Positions 29,042 to 38,234 of a DNA stretch of 64,000 nt are shown piece after piece. This DNA is from Alphaproteobacteria bacterium. GTDB lineage: Bacteria > Pseudomonadota > Alphaproteobacteria > Micropepsales > Micropepsaceae. Positions within the stretch are counted from its first letter, which is position 1. Every line of letters begins with the position of its first letter. Made by a program: the position numbers and the translations under genes. Location of the stretch: the NCBI GenBank assembly GCA_947474565.1, contig CANJIS010000009.1:2178-66177 (forward strand). The letters run 5' to 3'. The notes below the pieces were generated by a model. It did not search any database. It had not been told where the DNA came from and was given only the letters and a program-made list of their open reading frames with translations.

Positions 29042-29779
29042 ATGGCCGCAACGGCGGAGATTTTGGGGAACATAGCCCGCCAAGCCGGGACCGTGGTCAT
29101 GCGCCATTACGGCGGTGTCGCCGAGGCCCGGCTGAAGTCCGACCGGTCGCCTGTGACCGATGCCGACGAGGAGGCCGAAGCGCTGATCCTTGCCGGCCTG
29201 GCCCGCGCCTTTCCCGGCGTACCGGTGGTGGCCGAGGAAGAAGCCGCGGCGGGGCGCATCGCCAAGGTGGCTCATCGTTTCTTTCTGGTCGACCCCTTGG
29301 ACGGGACCAAGGAATTTCTTTCCGGCAATGGCGAATTCACGGTCAACATCGCCGAGATCGTGGACGGCGTGCCGGTGGCGGGCGCGGTCTTCGCGCCGGC
29401 GTTGAAACGTCTCTTCGTGGGCGGACCGGAAGGCGCGCTTGAAGACGACAAAGTGATTTGGGCGCGGCCGGCGCCGGCAGACGGCCTGATCGCATTGGGC
29501 AGCCGCAGCCATGGCGATGCCATGACGGAAGAATTTCTCAAACGCTGGCCGTTGAAAAGCATGGTCGGCATCGGGTCATCACTGAAATTCTGCCTGCTGG
29601 CGGCAGGTGAAGCCGATATTTATGCGCGCGGCGGACCCACCATGGAATGGGACACCGCAGCGGGCCATGCGGTGCTGCTGGCCGCGGGCGGCACGGTGGA
29701 GACTTGGGACGGCGCGCCGATGCGCTATGGCAAAGCGGGATTCAGAAATTCGGCGTTTGTGGCGTTCGGCCAAAGATAA
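29042..29779 (+). CDS. cysQ: 3'(2'),5'-bisphosphate nucleotidase
   Basis: SPVTDAD, VDPLDGTKEF, EFTVNIA, GSSLKFC, EWDTAAGHA. Confidence 0.93.
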   Translation: MAATAEILGNIARQAGTVVMRHYGGVAEARLKSDRSPVTDADEEAEALILAGLARAFPGVPVVAEEEAAAGRIAKVAHRFFLVDPLDGTKEFLSGNGEFTVNIAEIVDGVPVAGAVFAPALKRLFVGGPEGALEDDKVIWARPAPADGLIALGSRSHGDAMTEEFLKRWPLKSMVGIGSSLKFCLLAAGEADIYARGGPTMEWDTAAGHAVLLAAGGTVETWDGAPMRYGKAGFRNSAFVAFGQR

Positions 29780-29782
29780 GCA

Positions 29783-30031
29783 CTAGCGGTCGAAGTCGTG
29801 GCGGGCGGAATAAAAGACGAGAGCCATCAGGCCTGCGCCGACCAGAAATGTGACCACGATCCCCAGGATGAGAAAAAGCCAGCCCCAGCCGCTCATGGCG
29901 ACGCCCCGCATCGCGGTCCAGACCTGAACCGCGTACCAAACCGCGCCCGCCAGCAACGCCAGCATGGCGATGATGACAATCCAGCCACCCAAGGAAAGCG
30001 GCGGATTCCTGTTGTTTTCCGGCTCCGGCAT
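29783..30031 (-). CDS. Small two-TM hypothetical membrane protein
   Basis: 82 aa, two hydrophobic helices, LMALVFYSAR near the C-terminus. Confidence 0.7.
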   Translation of the reverse strand: MPEPENNRNPPLSLGGWIVIIAMLALLAGAVWYAVQVWTAMRGVAMSGWGWLFLILGIVVTFLVGAGLMALVFYSARHDFDR

Positions 30032-30122
30032 GACGGCACTATAGTGATGCTGGCTGTAAAAAAGACAAAATTCCGGTCAGACTGTGAACGGGCGGGGAAC
30101 CCGATTCGTCGAAGGAGTGAAT

Positions 30123-30686
30123 ATGGACCGCAAGCAATTTATCGCAGGCCTTCTGGCTTTTGGCGCGTCTCCCACTTCGGTGCTGGCGCAGGAAGCGCAT
30201 GACGCGCGCTATACCGCCAACGAAATCACCCAGGCCGGCGCGGACTTTTTCGGCATCACCACCGAAGCGATGGCCAAGGCGGTGCAACATATTTTTGGCG
30301 ATCTGGGGCTACCCGACGCTTACATCAAGGGCGACGAAGGCTCGGGCGCCTTCATCCTGGGCTTGCGCTACGGCTCAGGCTGGCTGTTGCGCAAGGGCGT
30401 CGAGCCGCAGAAGGTTTACTGGAAGGGGCCGTCGGTCGGATTCGACTTCGGCGGCAACGCGGCCAAGAGCTTCACCTTGATCTACAATCTGCGTGATACC
30501 AGAAGGTTGTTCCAGCGCTTCCCGGGCGTCGAAGGCAGCGTGTATTTCATCGCGGGACTGGGCGTGAATTATCAACGCAGCGGCGGCGTCACACTGGCGC
30601 CGATCCGTTCGGGCGTGGGCTTCCGCGCCGGCGCGAATGTCCAGTATCAGGTCTATTCTGATAAAAGAGACTGGTTCCCGCTCTAG
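30123..30686 (+). CDS. eipA: DUF1134 / envelope integrity protein EipA family
   Basis: YIKGDEGSGAFILGLRYGSG, YWKGPSVGFDFG, FPGVEGSVY; aggag RBS; signal peptide. Confidence 0.85.
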   Translation: MDRKQFIAGLLAFGASPTSVLAQEAHDARYTANEITQAGADFFGITTEAMAKAVQHIFGDLGLPDAYIKGDEGSGAFILGLRYGSGWLLRKGVEPQKVYWKGPSVGFDFGGNAAKSFTLIYNLRDTRRLFQRFPGVEGSVYFIAGLGVNYQRSGGVTLAPIRSGVGFRAGANVQYQVYSDKRDWFPL

Positions 30687-31657
30687 GCGGTCGCTTCACT
30701 CGCAGATTCGCTGGACTTGGCGCCGACCGCGGGCAAATACAGCAACAGCGCCGCCGCCACATAGGTGGACGAGAAGGTGCCGATCAGTATCCCGAACAGG
30801 ATCGCGATGCTGAAATTCAGCAGCACCGGGCCGCCGAACAGCAGCGGCACAACCGACACCGCCGTGGCGAATGACACCAGCGTGGTACGGGTCGCGATCT
30901 GATTCGTGGAAAGATTGATCATGTCGCGCAGCGGCATACGCTTGTATTTGCGCCGGTTTTCGCGAAGACGGTCGAACACCACGACGGTGTCGTTGATCGA
31001 ATAACCCGCCAGCAACAGCAGCGCCGCCACGGTATTGATGGTGAAGTCGATGTCGTAGCCGACCCAATTCAAGAAGGAATAAAAGCCGGCGGTGACGAAG
31101 ACGTCATGCCCCGTGGCGATCAAAGCGCCCACGCCATACTGCCATTCAAAGCGCACCGCGACGTAAATCGAGATCATGAGAACCGCCAGAATGGTGGCAT
31201 AGATGCCGTCATTCAGCAGCTCGCCGCTGACCTTGGGGCCGATGACCTGGGCGTTGCGGAAGGTGTAGGCCGAACCAAGCTTGCCGCGGATGGAACGGAC
31301 GGCCGCCTGATCGATATCTTCCTGCTTTTCAGCACCGACAGCCTTGCGCGGCTGAACGCGGATGATGACGCAACTGTTGACCGGGGTATCGCAGGCGCCG
31401 CCGCCGAAATACTGAACCTGGGTCTCGTTGAATTCCAACGTGGAAATGCTGCTGCGCACTTTGGCGACATCGATGGTCTGGGCGGCTTTCACTTCCATCA
31501 GGACGCCGCCGGTGAAGTCGATGCCCAGATTGAAGCCATGGATCGCGATGGCCAGCACCGCGATCACCACCAGCAACCCGTCAATCGCAAAGGCGACAAA
31601 GCGCCATTTGACGAAATCGACATTGGTGGTTTCGGGAATAAATCGCAGCAGAGGCAT
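30683..31657 (-). CDS. secF: Protein translocase subunit SecF
   Basis: GIDFTGG, VIGPKVSGEL, GYSINDTVVVFDRLREN, GTFSSTYVA. Confidence 0.95.
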   Translation of the reverse strand: MPLLRFIPETTNVDFVKWRFVAFAIDGLLVVIAVLAIAIHGFNLGIDFTGGVLMEVKAAQTIDVAKVRSSISTLEFNETQVQYFGGGACDTPVNSCVIIRVQPRKAVGAEKQEDIDQAAVRSIRGKLGSAYTFRNAQVIGPKVSGELLNDGIYATILAVLMISIYVAVRFEWQYGVGALIATGHDVFVTAGFYSFLNWVGYDIDFTINTVAALLLLAGYSINDTVVVFDRLRENRRKYKRMPLRDMINLSTNQIATRTTLVSFATAVSVVPLLFGGPVLLNFSIAILFGILIGTFSSTYVAAALLLYLPAVGAKSSESASEATA

Positions 31658-31837
31658 GGGACGGCTTTCGTCGGATTTAAGGGCGGTGAACCTACAGGGC
31701 CGGAAGCAACGGAACAAGCAGCATAACGCCTTGCAGGACTGGGGTTTTCCGCCAGGGACGGGGTGCTTGCCCAGCCTGTTGGCAGCTTTGCCCGCCGCTT
31801 GAAGCCTTGCTGGCAACCGCTTCTACTGCCGCCAACC

Positions 31838-33052
31838 ATGCGCCCGAACAGCCAAGACTTTGAGGGGGAGGTTTCCGGCAGTGCCCTGACGATTCTGTTG
31901 ACGGTGATGTTCGTCAACATGATCGGATTCGGGATCATTGTGCCGTTGCTGCCCTTTTATTCCGAGAGTTTCCAGGCCGCTTCCTGGCAGGTGGCGCTGA
32001 TCTTTTCTGCCTATTCGGTCGGCGCCTTTTTTGGCGAACCTTTCTGGGGCCGGATGTCGGACCGGCTGGGGCGCAAGCCGATCCTGATGCTGACGGTATG
32101 CGGCAACTGCGCCTGCTACCTGGCGCTGGCCTTCGCCCCAAGCATCGGGATCGCTTTCGTGGTGCGGTTTCTGGGCGGGCTGGCCAGCGGCAACAATTCG
32201 GTGGTGCAATCCTATCTCGCGGACGTCACCCATGAGCGTGATCGCGCCGGACGCATGGCCTGGGTCACCGCCAGCTACAATGTCGGTTTCATCATCGGCC
32301 CGGCGATGGGCGGCTGGCTGGCCAATCCCGCCGAAGGCACCGCCGGTTTTCGCGTGCCGCTACTCGTGGCGGCGGCCTTTTCGGCTCTATGCGTCGCCGG
32401 ATTATGGGTGCTTGTCGGCGAAAGCCGCAATCAGCGGCATGAGCCGGCCGAGCCGCAATACGCCCGCGCCTTTCACGAGCTGGCGCACCATCCGGTGATC
32501 GCGCGGTTGCTGCTGGTGACGCTGTTGTCAGGCTCGGCCTTCAGCGGCGTGGAATCCATGTTCGGCTTTTGGGCAGAGAAGAAATTCAACTGGGGGCCGC
32601 ATGAAGTGGGCGACACTTTCGCCATAGCCGCGCTGGTGGCGGCCTTCTGCCAGATCGTGGTGGTGGGGCCGATGTCGAAGCGCTTCGGCGCGGCAAGGAT
32701 GCTGGCCGTCGGCATGACGCTGACGGCAATAAGCGTGCTTCTGCTGACCCTTGCCAACAACGGCACGATCGCCATGGGGTTGATCGCAGTGGCGGCCTTC
32801 GGGCAGGCCATCGCCTGGCCCAATGTCGCGGCCCTGATCTCGCGCAACAGCGATCTGCATGAACAGGGTTCCTGCCTGGGCCTGAACAACGCCGCCGCGG
32901 CGATGTCGCGATTGGCCGGCCCGCTGGGAGCGGGGCTGGCTTTCTCGCTGTACAGCATGGATGCGCCGTTCTGGCTGGCGGCGGCACTGGTGGTGCCCGC
33001 CATCGGCCTGTCGCTGTCGGCCCGGCGCGCGCATACGCACACCGAAGCCTGA
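31838..33052 (+). CDS. MFS transporter (DHA1/TetA-like)
   Basis: GFGIIVPLLP, motif A GRMSDRLGRKP, GFIIGPAMGG; start uncertain. Confidence 0.88.
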   Translation: MRPNSQDFEGEVSGSALTILLTVMFVNMIGFGIIVPLLPFYSESFQAASWQVALIFSAYSVGAFFGEPFWGRMSDRLGRKPILMLTVCGNCACYLALAFAPSIGIAFVVRFLGGLASGNNSVVQSYLADVTHERDRAGRMAWVTASYNVGFIIGPAMGGWLANPAEGTAGFRVPLLVAAAFSALCVAGLWVLVGESRNQRHEPAEPQYARAFHELAHHPVIARLLLVTLLSGSAFSGVESMFGFWAEKKFNWGPHEVGDTFAIAALVAAFCQIVVVGPMSKRFGAARMLAVGMTLTAISVLLLTLANNGTIAMGLIAVAAFGQAIAWPNVAALISRNSDLHEQGSCLGLNNAAAAMSRLAGPLGAGLAFSLYSMDAPFWLAAALVVPAIGLSLSARRAHTHTEA

Positions 33053-33147
33053 ACAGGCTTTAGGCCCCTTCAAGCCCGCCGCGCTTGGAGCTATTCTTGC
33101 CCCATCACCAGGGCGGACATCACCACCATCAGAAAAGGGAGTACGCC

Positions 33148-33975
33148 ATGCAGATCAACAAGCGTGAGCTTCTGGCTTTGGGTGCAAGCATGGGCTTGGG
33201 AGCCATCAACAGCGCGGCGGCACAGACTCGCATGAAACCGGGGTTGGAACAGGTCAAGGTCATTGTCTTCGATACGTTCGGGTCCGTGGTGGATTGGCGC
33301 GCCAGCATCATCCGCGATCTCACCACGTGGGGCGCGAAGGAAGGCCTCAAGGCGGATTGGGCCAAGCTGGCCGATGACTGGCGGATCGGAAAATATAGCG
33401 ACGGAATGAACCGGGTGCGCACCGGCAAGCTGCCCTGGATGAATCTGGAAGCGCTGAACGCCATGACCCTGGAAGAAGTGCTCCCCAGCCATCCAGGTCT
33501 GAGAAACCTCACCAAAGACCAGAAACATCACATCAACATGGTATGGCGGCGGCTGGACCCCTGGCCGGATTCCGTTGCCGGACTGACCCGGTTAAAGAGC
33601 CGGTACATTATCGGCCCACTGTCCAACGGCAGCGTGGCGCTGCTGGCCGAGATGGCCAAGCACGCCAAACTGCCCTGGGACAACATCTTCTCCTGCGAAT
33701 TGTTCAAGCACTACAAGCCCGACCCCGAAACCTATCTGGGTGTGGTCAAGCTGATGGAACTGAAGCCGGAGGAAGTGATGATGGGTGCGGCCCATGCCGG
33801 TGATCTGGATGGGGCAAAAAAATGCGGACTGAAGACCGCCTTCTTCCCGCGCCCGCTGGAATTCGGCGCCGACAGTCCGCGCCGCGCCACGATCAGAAAA
33901 GCCAATGCCGATGGGCATAGCTTCGACATTGTCGCCGACAATATCGAGGATTTCGCGAAGCAAATGGGGGTTTAA
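33148..33975 (+). CDS. Haloacid dehalogenase type II with N-terminal signal peptide
   Basis: VFDTFGSVVDW, LSNG, YKPDPETY, AAHAGDL; N-terminus NKRELL + hydrophobic + AAA-Q. Confidence 0.85.
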   Translation: MQINKRELLALGASMGLGAINSAAAQTRMKPGLEQVKVIVFDTFGSVVDWRASIIRDLTTWGAKEGLKADWAKLADDWRIGKYSDGMNRVRTGKLPWMNLEALNAMTLEEVLPSHPGLRNLTKDQKHHINMVWRRLDPWPDSVAGLTRLKSRYIIGPLSNGSVALLAEMAKHAKLPWDNIFSCELFKHYKPDPETYLGVVKLMELKPEEVMMGAAHAGDLDGAKKCGLKTAFFPRPLEFGADSPRRATIRKANADGHSFDIVADNIEDFAKQMGV

Positions 33976-34003
33976 CGCCGCACGGCGCTAAACCCCGTTT
34001 GTC

Positions 34004-34411
34004 TTACTTGGCGCACCAGCGCGCCTGGATCGCGGCCCGCACCAACTGCGCGCCCTGTTCCGGACGGCGTTCGGGATGGGCGATCAGATAGGCGATCAGA
34101 GTCTGCTGGATGGCGATCTGGTCAACCTTGCCGAGGCCTTGCGGATAGCAATCCGGCAAGCCCGCCTGCTTGCGGTCAAAGACAAACAGATCGTTCACGC
34201 CTTCCAGGAAACCCAGGCATTCCAGCAACTGGGTTTCGTCTTCGGCCGCGCAAAGGCGCAGCACATCCAGGCCGTCCTTGTATCCGGCATTGGCATCGCG
34301 CGCCGGCAACAGCCGTCCGAAGCCGCCATACTGCGCCACGGCCGGCACGACCGTCGCGCCGGCAAGCGTGCCGATCAGCAAGCCAATGAGAATGCCCTTG
34401 AAGCCCTTCAT
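34004..34411 (-). CDS. Rap1a/Tai-like immunity domain protein, secreted
   Basis: Signal peptide; C...[10 protein letters not shown]...CYP...YLIAHPE...A.LV..A...WC pattern. Confidence 0.75.
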   Translation of the reverse strand: MKGFKGILIGLLIGTLAGATVVPAVAQYGGFGRLLPARDANAGYKDGLDVLRLCAAEDETQLLECLGFLEGVNDLFVFDRKQAGLPDCYPQGLGKVDQIAIQQTLIAYLIAHPERRPEQGAQLVRAAIQARWCAK

Positions 34412-34664
34412 AGTACCCCTCCGAACATGTGGCACTCCCAAAAGGGAGCGTCCGAGTAATGCAGAGCAACCTTTAATGGAAAGCGGGACAATTTACAGCC
34501 CCCATGTTTTTCAATGCTTATTTGGCCCCGCCCTGCCAATCATGGGAAAAATTCCCGGACGGCGCGCCTGCCGAAGGGGGCCGGGCGGGCGTGCCGGACA
34601 TGACCCCATGTCCATAACGACGGCCAACGTTAAGATCGGTCCCGCTGAAAAAACGGAAGCCAAC

Positions 34665-35879
34665 ATGTCGTCCGCCGATGCCCCCAAAATCGCTTCCGAG
34701 TCGTTCGCCTGGGAAGATCCTTTTCTGTTGGACAGCCTGCTGACCGAAGATGAGCGCATCGTGCAGCGGTCCGCGCGCAAATTTTGTCACGATGCGCTTC
34801 AGCCAGGAATCCGGGATGCGTTTCGCCTTGAGAAATTTGACAGGGCCATCATGCGTGACATGGCGCGCATGGGTTTTCTCGGCATCACATTGCCGGAGAA
34901 TTATGGCGGCAGCGGACTCAGCTACGTCAGCTATGGCGTGGTTGCGCGGGAAGTTGAACGCATCGACTCAGGCTATCGCTCGGCGATGAGCGTGCAAAAT
35001 TCTCTCGTCATTCATCCCATCCATGCCTACGGAAACGAAGAGCAACGCAGGAAATATTTACCCAAACTTGCGCGTGGAGAATGGGTGGGCTGTTTCGGCC
35101 TCACCGAACCCGATTACGGTTCGGATCCCGGCGGTATGAAAACAGTCGCGGTGAAAGATGGGCCACATTTCCGTCTAAATGGCGCCAAAACCTGGATCAC
35201 AAATTCTCCCATCTGCGATTTGGCCATCGTTTGGGCGAAACTCGATGGCGTAATTCGGGGCTTTATCGTGGAGAGAGAGACGCCAGGTTTCTCCACGCCG
35301 AAAATCGAAGGAAAACTCTCTCTTCGCGCCTCGGTCACGGGCGAAATCATTTTGGCAGAGGCGCTTGTTCCAGAAGCGAATCTTTTGCCGGATGCGAAAG
35401 GCCTGTCAGGGCCGTTTGGCTGCTTGAATCGGGCACGTTATGGCATCGTATGGGGCGCGATGGGCGCCGCAGAGGCCTGCTGGCTGGCGGCGCGCCAGTA
35501 TGCGATGGACAGAAAACAGTTCGGCAGCCCGCTTGCCGCGACACAGCTCATTCAGAAGAAATTGGCGGACATGCAAACCGAGATCGCGCTCGGGTTGAAT
35601 GGCGCACTTCGCCTTGGCCGCATGATCGACGACGGCAAAGCATCGCCGGAACTGATCTCACTGATGAAACGGAACAATTGTGAGAAAGCGCTGGCCATCG
35701 CCCGCATGGCGCGAGACATCCATGGCGGGAACGGAATTTCAGACGAGTATCCGGTTATCCGGCATGTTCTCAATCTGGAAGCCGTGAATACCTATGAGGG
35801 CACCAGCGACATACACGCCCTCATTTTGGGCCGGGCGCAAACAGGCATTGCGGCCTTTAGCGCTTCCAAGCCCCAATAG
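34665..35879 (+). CDS. gcdH: Glutaryl-CoA dehydrogenase
   Basis: [49 protein letters not shown]. Confidence 0.92.
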   Translation: MSSADAPKIASESFAWEDPFLLDSLLTEDERIVQRSARKFCHDALQPGIRDAFRLEKFDRAIMRDMARMGFLGITLPENYGGSGLSYVSYGVVAREVERIDSGYRSAMSVQNSLVIHPIHAYGNEEQRRKYLPKLARGEWVGCFGLTEPDYGSDPGGMKTVAVKDGPHFRLNGAKTWITNSPICDLAIVWAKLDGVIRGFIVERETPGFSTPKIEGKLSLRASVTGEIILAEALVPEANLLPDAKGLSGPFGCLNRARYGIVWGAMGAAEACWLAARQYAMDRKQFGSPLAATQLIQKKLADMQTEIALGLNGALRLGRMIDDGKASPELISLMKRNNCEKALAIARMARDIHGGNGISDEYPVIRHVLNLEAVNTYEGTSDIHALILGRAQTGIAAFSASKPQ

Positions 35880-35903
35880 CCGGACAAGCGGCTTTGTCCC
35901 GGC
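35879..35903. terminator. Hairpin between convergent gcdH and tRNA-Glu
   Basis: gccggacaa-gcggct-ttgtcccggc. Confidence 0.55.
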
Positions 35904-35907
35904 TTGA

Positions 35908-35982
35908 TGGTGCTCCCACGGGGAATTGAACCCCGGTTTCAGCCTTGAGAGGGCCGCGTCCTAACCGCTAGACGATGGGAAC
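35908..35982 (-). tRNA. tRNA-Glu (anticodon CTC)
   Basis: GTTCCCATCGTCTAGCGGTTAGGACGCGGCCCTCTCAAGGCTGAAACCGGGGTTCAATTCCCCGTGGGAGCACCA; full cloverleaf, encoded CCA. Confidence 0.97.
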
Positions 35983-35994
35983 AAGCGAAGCCGC

Positions 35995-36023
35995 TTATAA
36001 AGCGGGGGCCGGGTTTCCCGCAA
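35995..36023 (-). promoter_or_regulatory. Sigma70 promoter of tRNA-Glu
   Basis: TTGCGG-N17-TTATAA followed by a GC-rich discriminator. Confidence 0.6.
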
Positions 36024-36060
36024 GTTCCAGCAGGAAAACAGCAATTTTGAAAATGGGACC

Positions 36061-36085
36061 GGAACGGCAGCCCGCCAGCACCGTT
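36061..36085 (+). promoter_or_regulatory. EcfG/SigT-type general stress promoter
   Basis: GGAAC-N16-CGTT, exact consensus, 34 nt before ATG 36120. Confidence 0.75.
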
Positions 36086-36119
36086 GCTTTTCTTTAGGCA
36101 GCACAACCGGTTTGGACAA

Positions 36120-36440
36120 ATGACCCGTTTCTTTTTTCATGTACGTGAAGGCAGCAGCGACGTGAGCCGCGACACCGAAGGTCAGGACCTGCCCGACCTG
36201 GAAGCGGCACGGCTTGAGGCGATGAATGCCAGCCGGGAGATCATCGGCGAGAAAATTCTTCATGGCGGTTCCATTAACAATCGCCAGATCGAAATCTGCA
36301 ACGAAAAGGGTGATGTTCTGGCGATCGTCAACGCTCAGGATACGCTGTTTAAAGAAGGTCAGTTGCGCTCATTCAGCGACGACGTCACGCAGTCGGCGCC
36401 GGTCGTCAGAGCCAACGGCTCGAGCGTCGAAGAGCGGTAA
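36120..36440 (+). CDS. DUF6894-like small protein
   Basis: RFFFHV...D.EGQDLPDLEAARLEA...REI...IEICNEKG. Confidence 0.75.
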   Translation: MTRFFFHVREGSSDVSRDTEGQDLPDLEAARLEAMNASREIIGEKILHGGSINNRQIEICNEKGDVLAIVNAQDTLFKEGQLRSFSDDVTQSAPVVRANGSSVEER

Positions 36441-36805
36441 AGAAAAGCGCGCAGGGTGCAATCTGCGCCGCCGCTTGCCGCAATCAGCCAGAGAAAATCT
36501 TCTTCCTCCGCGCCATTCAGATCGTGCCGCGACGGTACGGGCGCGCCATTGGGATGGGAGTGATAGCACCCAATCACATTATGATGGTTGGCACGCGCCA
36601 GACGGGAAGCCGTGAAATGATCTTCCGGCGCAATTTCAAAACGGTCTGATGCCTTTGCGTCATTGCGGGCGGGATGCAGCGCCCGCGCTTCAAACACCTC
36701 ACCTGAGACCATGCCTTCGATCAGGCCGCAGCATTCGCGCGGGAAAGCAGATTTTGTCTCTGCCTCGATTTGCGCCTGCAGGCCCAAGGGCAGGATCAGC
36801 TTCAC
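36359..36805 (-). CDS. JAB/MPN (M67) metallopeptidase
   Basis: PRECCGLI, YHSHPNG, PSRHDL (E...HxH...S..D). Confidence 0.9.
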   Translation of the reverse strand: MKLILPLGLQAQIEAETKSAFPRECCGLIEGMVSGEVFEARALHPARNDAKASDRFEIAPEDHFTASRLARANHHNVIGCYHSHPNGAPVPSRHDLNGAEEEDFLWLIAASGGADCTLRAFLYRSSTLEPLALTTGADCVTSSLNERN

Positions 36806-37152
36806 GGCCCGTCTTTGACTTGAGAGGTGAGCTTGCCGCTGGTCAGGTCGAACACGTCCACCTCGCTGCCCGAGGGCGTGGTTACGTGCAGCACCAATTT
36901 GCCGGCGTCTGTGGCGGCGGACACAATATGGGTGCCGGGGGCCAACTGTATCGCGGCGGCAGAGACGTCTGTCACGCCCGTCACCGCTGCGGGCGCGACG
37001 GCGGTGCGATTTTGCTGATAAATGCGGTATTGCCGCACAAAACCGTAAACCACGGCTATAAAGGCCCCGACCACCAGCAGCGAAAGAATGATGACGGCGG
37101 TCAAGGCGGCGCGATAAGTTCCGCCGGATTTGGACCCATCAATGTCAGCCAC
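36802..37152 (-). CDS. Hypothetical single-TM membrane protein
   Basis: TM helix LTAVIILSLLVVGAFIAVVYGF; stop/start overlap with the JAB gene; start uncertain. Confidence 0.65.
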   Translation of the reverse strand: MADIDGSKSGGTYRAALTAVIILSLLVVGAFIAVVYGFVRQYRIYQQNRTAVAPAAVTGVTDVSAAAIQLAPGTHIVSAATDAGKLVLHVTTPSGSEVDVFDLTSGKLTSQVKDGP

Positions 37153-38146
37153 TGAAACCTCCACGCAAACCGGCATCCTCGCGCCCGACCAGGCGGGCCA
37201 ACGGCTGGACCGCGTGCTGGCGGCACTGCTGCCGGAGTTCAGCCGTTCTCGCCTTCAGGAGCTTATCACCCAGGGCGCGGTCACGCTGACCGGTGCAACG
37301 ATAAAAGACCCCAACCACAGGGTCAAAGGGGACGAAGAATACCGAGTCGCCATTCCGGCCGCTCTGCCGGCGCGACCGCGCGGGCAGGATATTCCGCTGG
37401 ATGTGGTTTACGAAGACAAAGAGCTGATTGTGATCGACAAGCCGGCCGGGCTGGTGGTGCATCCGGCGGCGGGCAATCCCGACGGCACCCTGGTCAATGC
37501 CCTGATCGGCCATTGCGGGGAAGAACTGATAGGCATTGGCGGCGAAGCGCGGCCGGGCATTGTGCACCGCCTGGACAAGGACACGTCGGGCGTAATGGTC
37601 GCCGCCAAAACCGAACGCGCCATGGGAAGCCTGGCCAAGCAATTCGCCAATCACACCATTGAACGGGCCTATCACGCCCTGGTGTGGGGCAGCCCGCGGA
37701 TGGCTTCCGGCCTCATTGAAGGGCAGATCGGCAGAAGCCCGTTCGATCGCAAGCGCATGGCGGTGCTGCGCGGCGGCGGCAAGAGCGCCCGCACCCGCTA
37801 TAAAGTGCTGGAAGCATTTGGGCCCACAGCCCGGCCCTTTGCATCCCTGATCGAGTGCCGGCTGGAAACGGGCCGCACTCATCAGATCCGGGTGCACCTG
37901 ACCCATCTGGGCCACCCCTTGATCGGCGATCCGCAGTATGGCCGGGCGCGCAGTGCGCCCCGGGCCAAAAATGCCGGAGAAGAAATTGCGTTTGCACTGG
38001 CAACCGGCTTTTCCCGTCAGGCCCTGCACGCTTTTGTCTTGGGATTTCAGCACCCTAGCTTGCACAAAAGCATGCGTTTCGAGTCCCCCTGGCCAGATGA
38101 TTTCGCGCAGCTTGTTGAGGCTTTTCGCGCCTTGAAAAACCCGTGA
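37142..38146 (+). CDS. rluD: 23S rRNA pseudouridine synthase (RluA/RluD family)
   Basis: S4 domain; IDKPAGLVVHP, HRLDKDTSG, LETGRTHQIRVH, QALHA. Confidence 0.93.
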   Translation: MSATETSTQTGILAPDQAGQRLDRVLAALLPEFSRSRLQELITQGAVTLTGATIKDPNHRVKGDEEYRVAIPAALPARPRGQDIPLDVVYEDKELIVIDKPAGLVVHPAAGNPDGTLVNALIGHCGEELIGIGGEARPGIVHRLDKDTSGVMVAAKTERAMGSLAKQFANHTIERAYHALVWGSPRMASGLIEGQIGRSPFDRKRMAVLRGGGKSARTRYKVLEAFGPTARPFASLIECRLETGRTHQIRVHLTHLGHPLIGDPQYGRARSAPRAKNAGEEIAFALATGFSRQALHAFVLGFQHPSLHKSMRFESPWPDDFAQLVEAFRALKNP

Positions 38147-38177
38147 CGGATTATCATCTGGAACTCTAGCGTTTGCG

Positions 38178-38202
38178 GGGACCGGCTATGGGGGCTGGGC
38201 GT
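38178..38202 (+). promoter_or_regulatory. Possible EcfG-type promoter of rpoH (one mismatch)
   Basis: GGACC-N16-CGTT. Confidence 0.35.
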
Positions 38203-38234
38203 TTAAATCGTATGCGCCAGAACAAGGGGATTTC

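Noticed and set aside
30084-30112. ECF promoter or CtrA box for eipA
   Set aside because: GGAAC is not followed by CGTT at the right spacing, TGAAC-N17-CGTC is too weak, and there is no TTAA-N7-TTAA.
34170-34664. 165-aa N-terminal extension of GcdH in the ORF track
   Set aside because: It overlaps the opposite-strand Rap1a-like gene and non-coding hairpins; homology starts near WEDPF.
36359-36805. JAB protein as part of a CBASS-type or ubiquitin-like defence or sulfur-carrier system
   Set aside because: No E1/E2, cyclase or ubiquitin-like gene is adjacent; the context (rluD-rpoH) is housekeeping.
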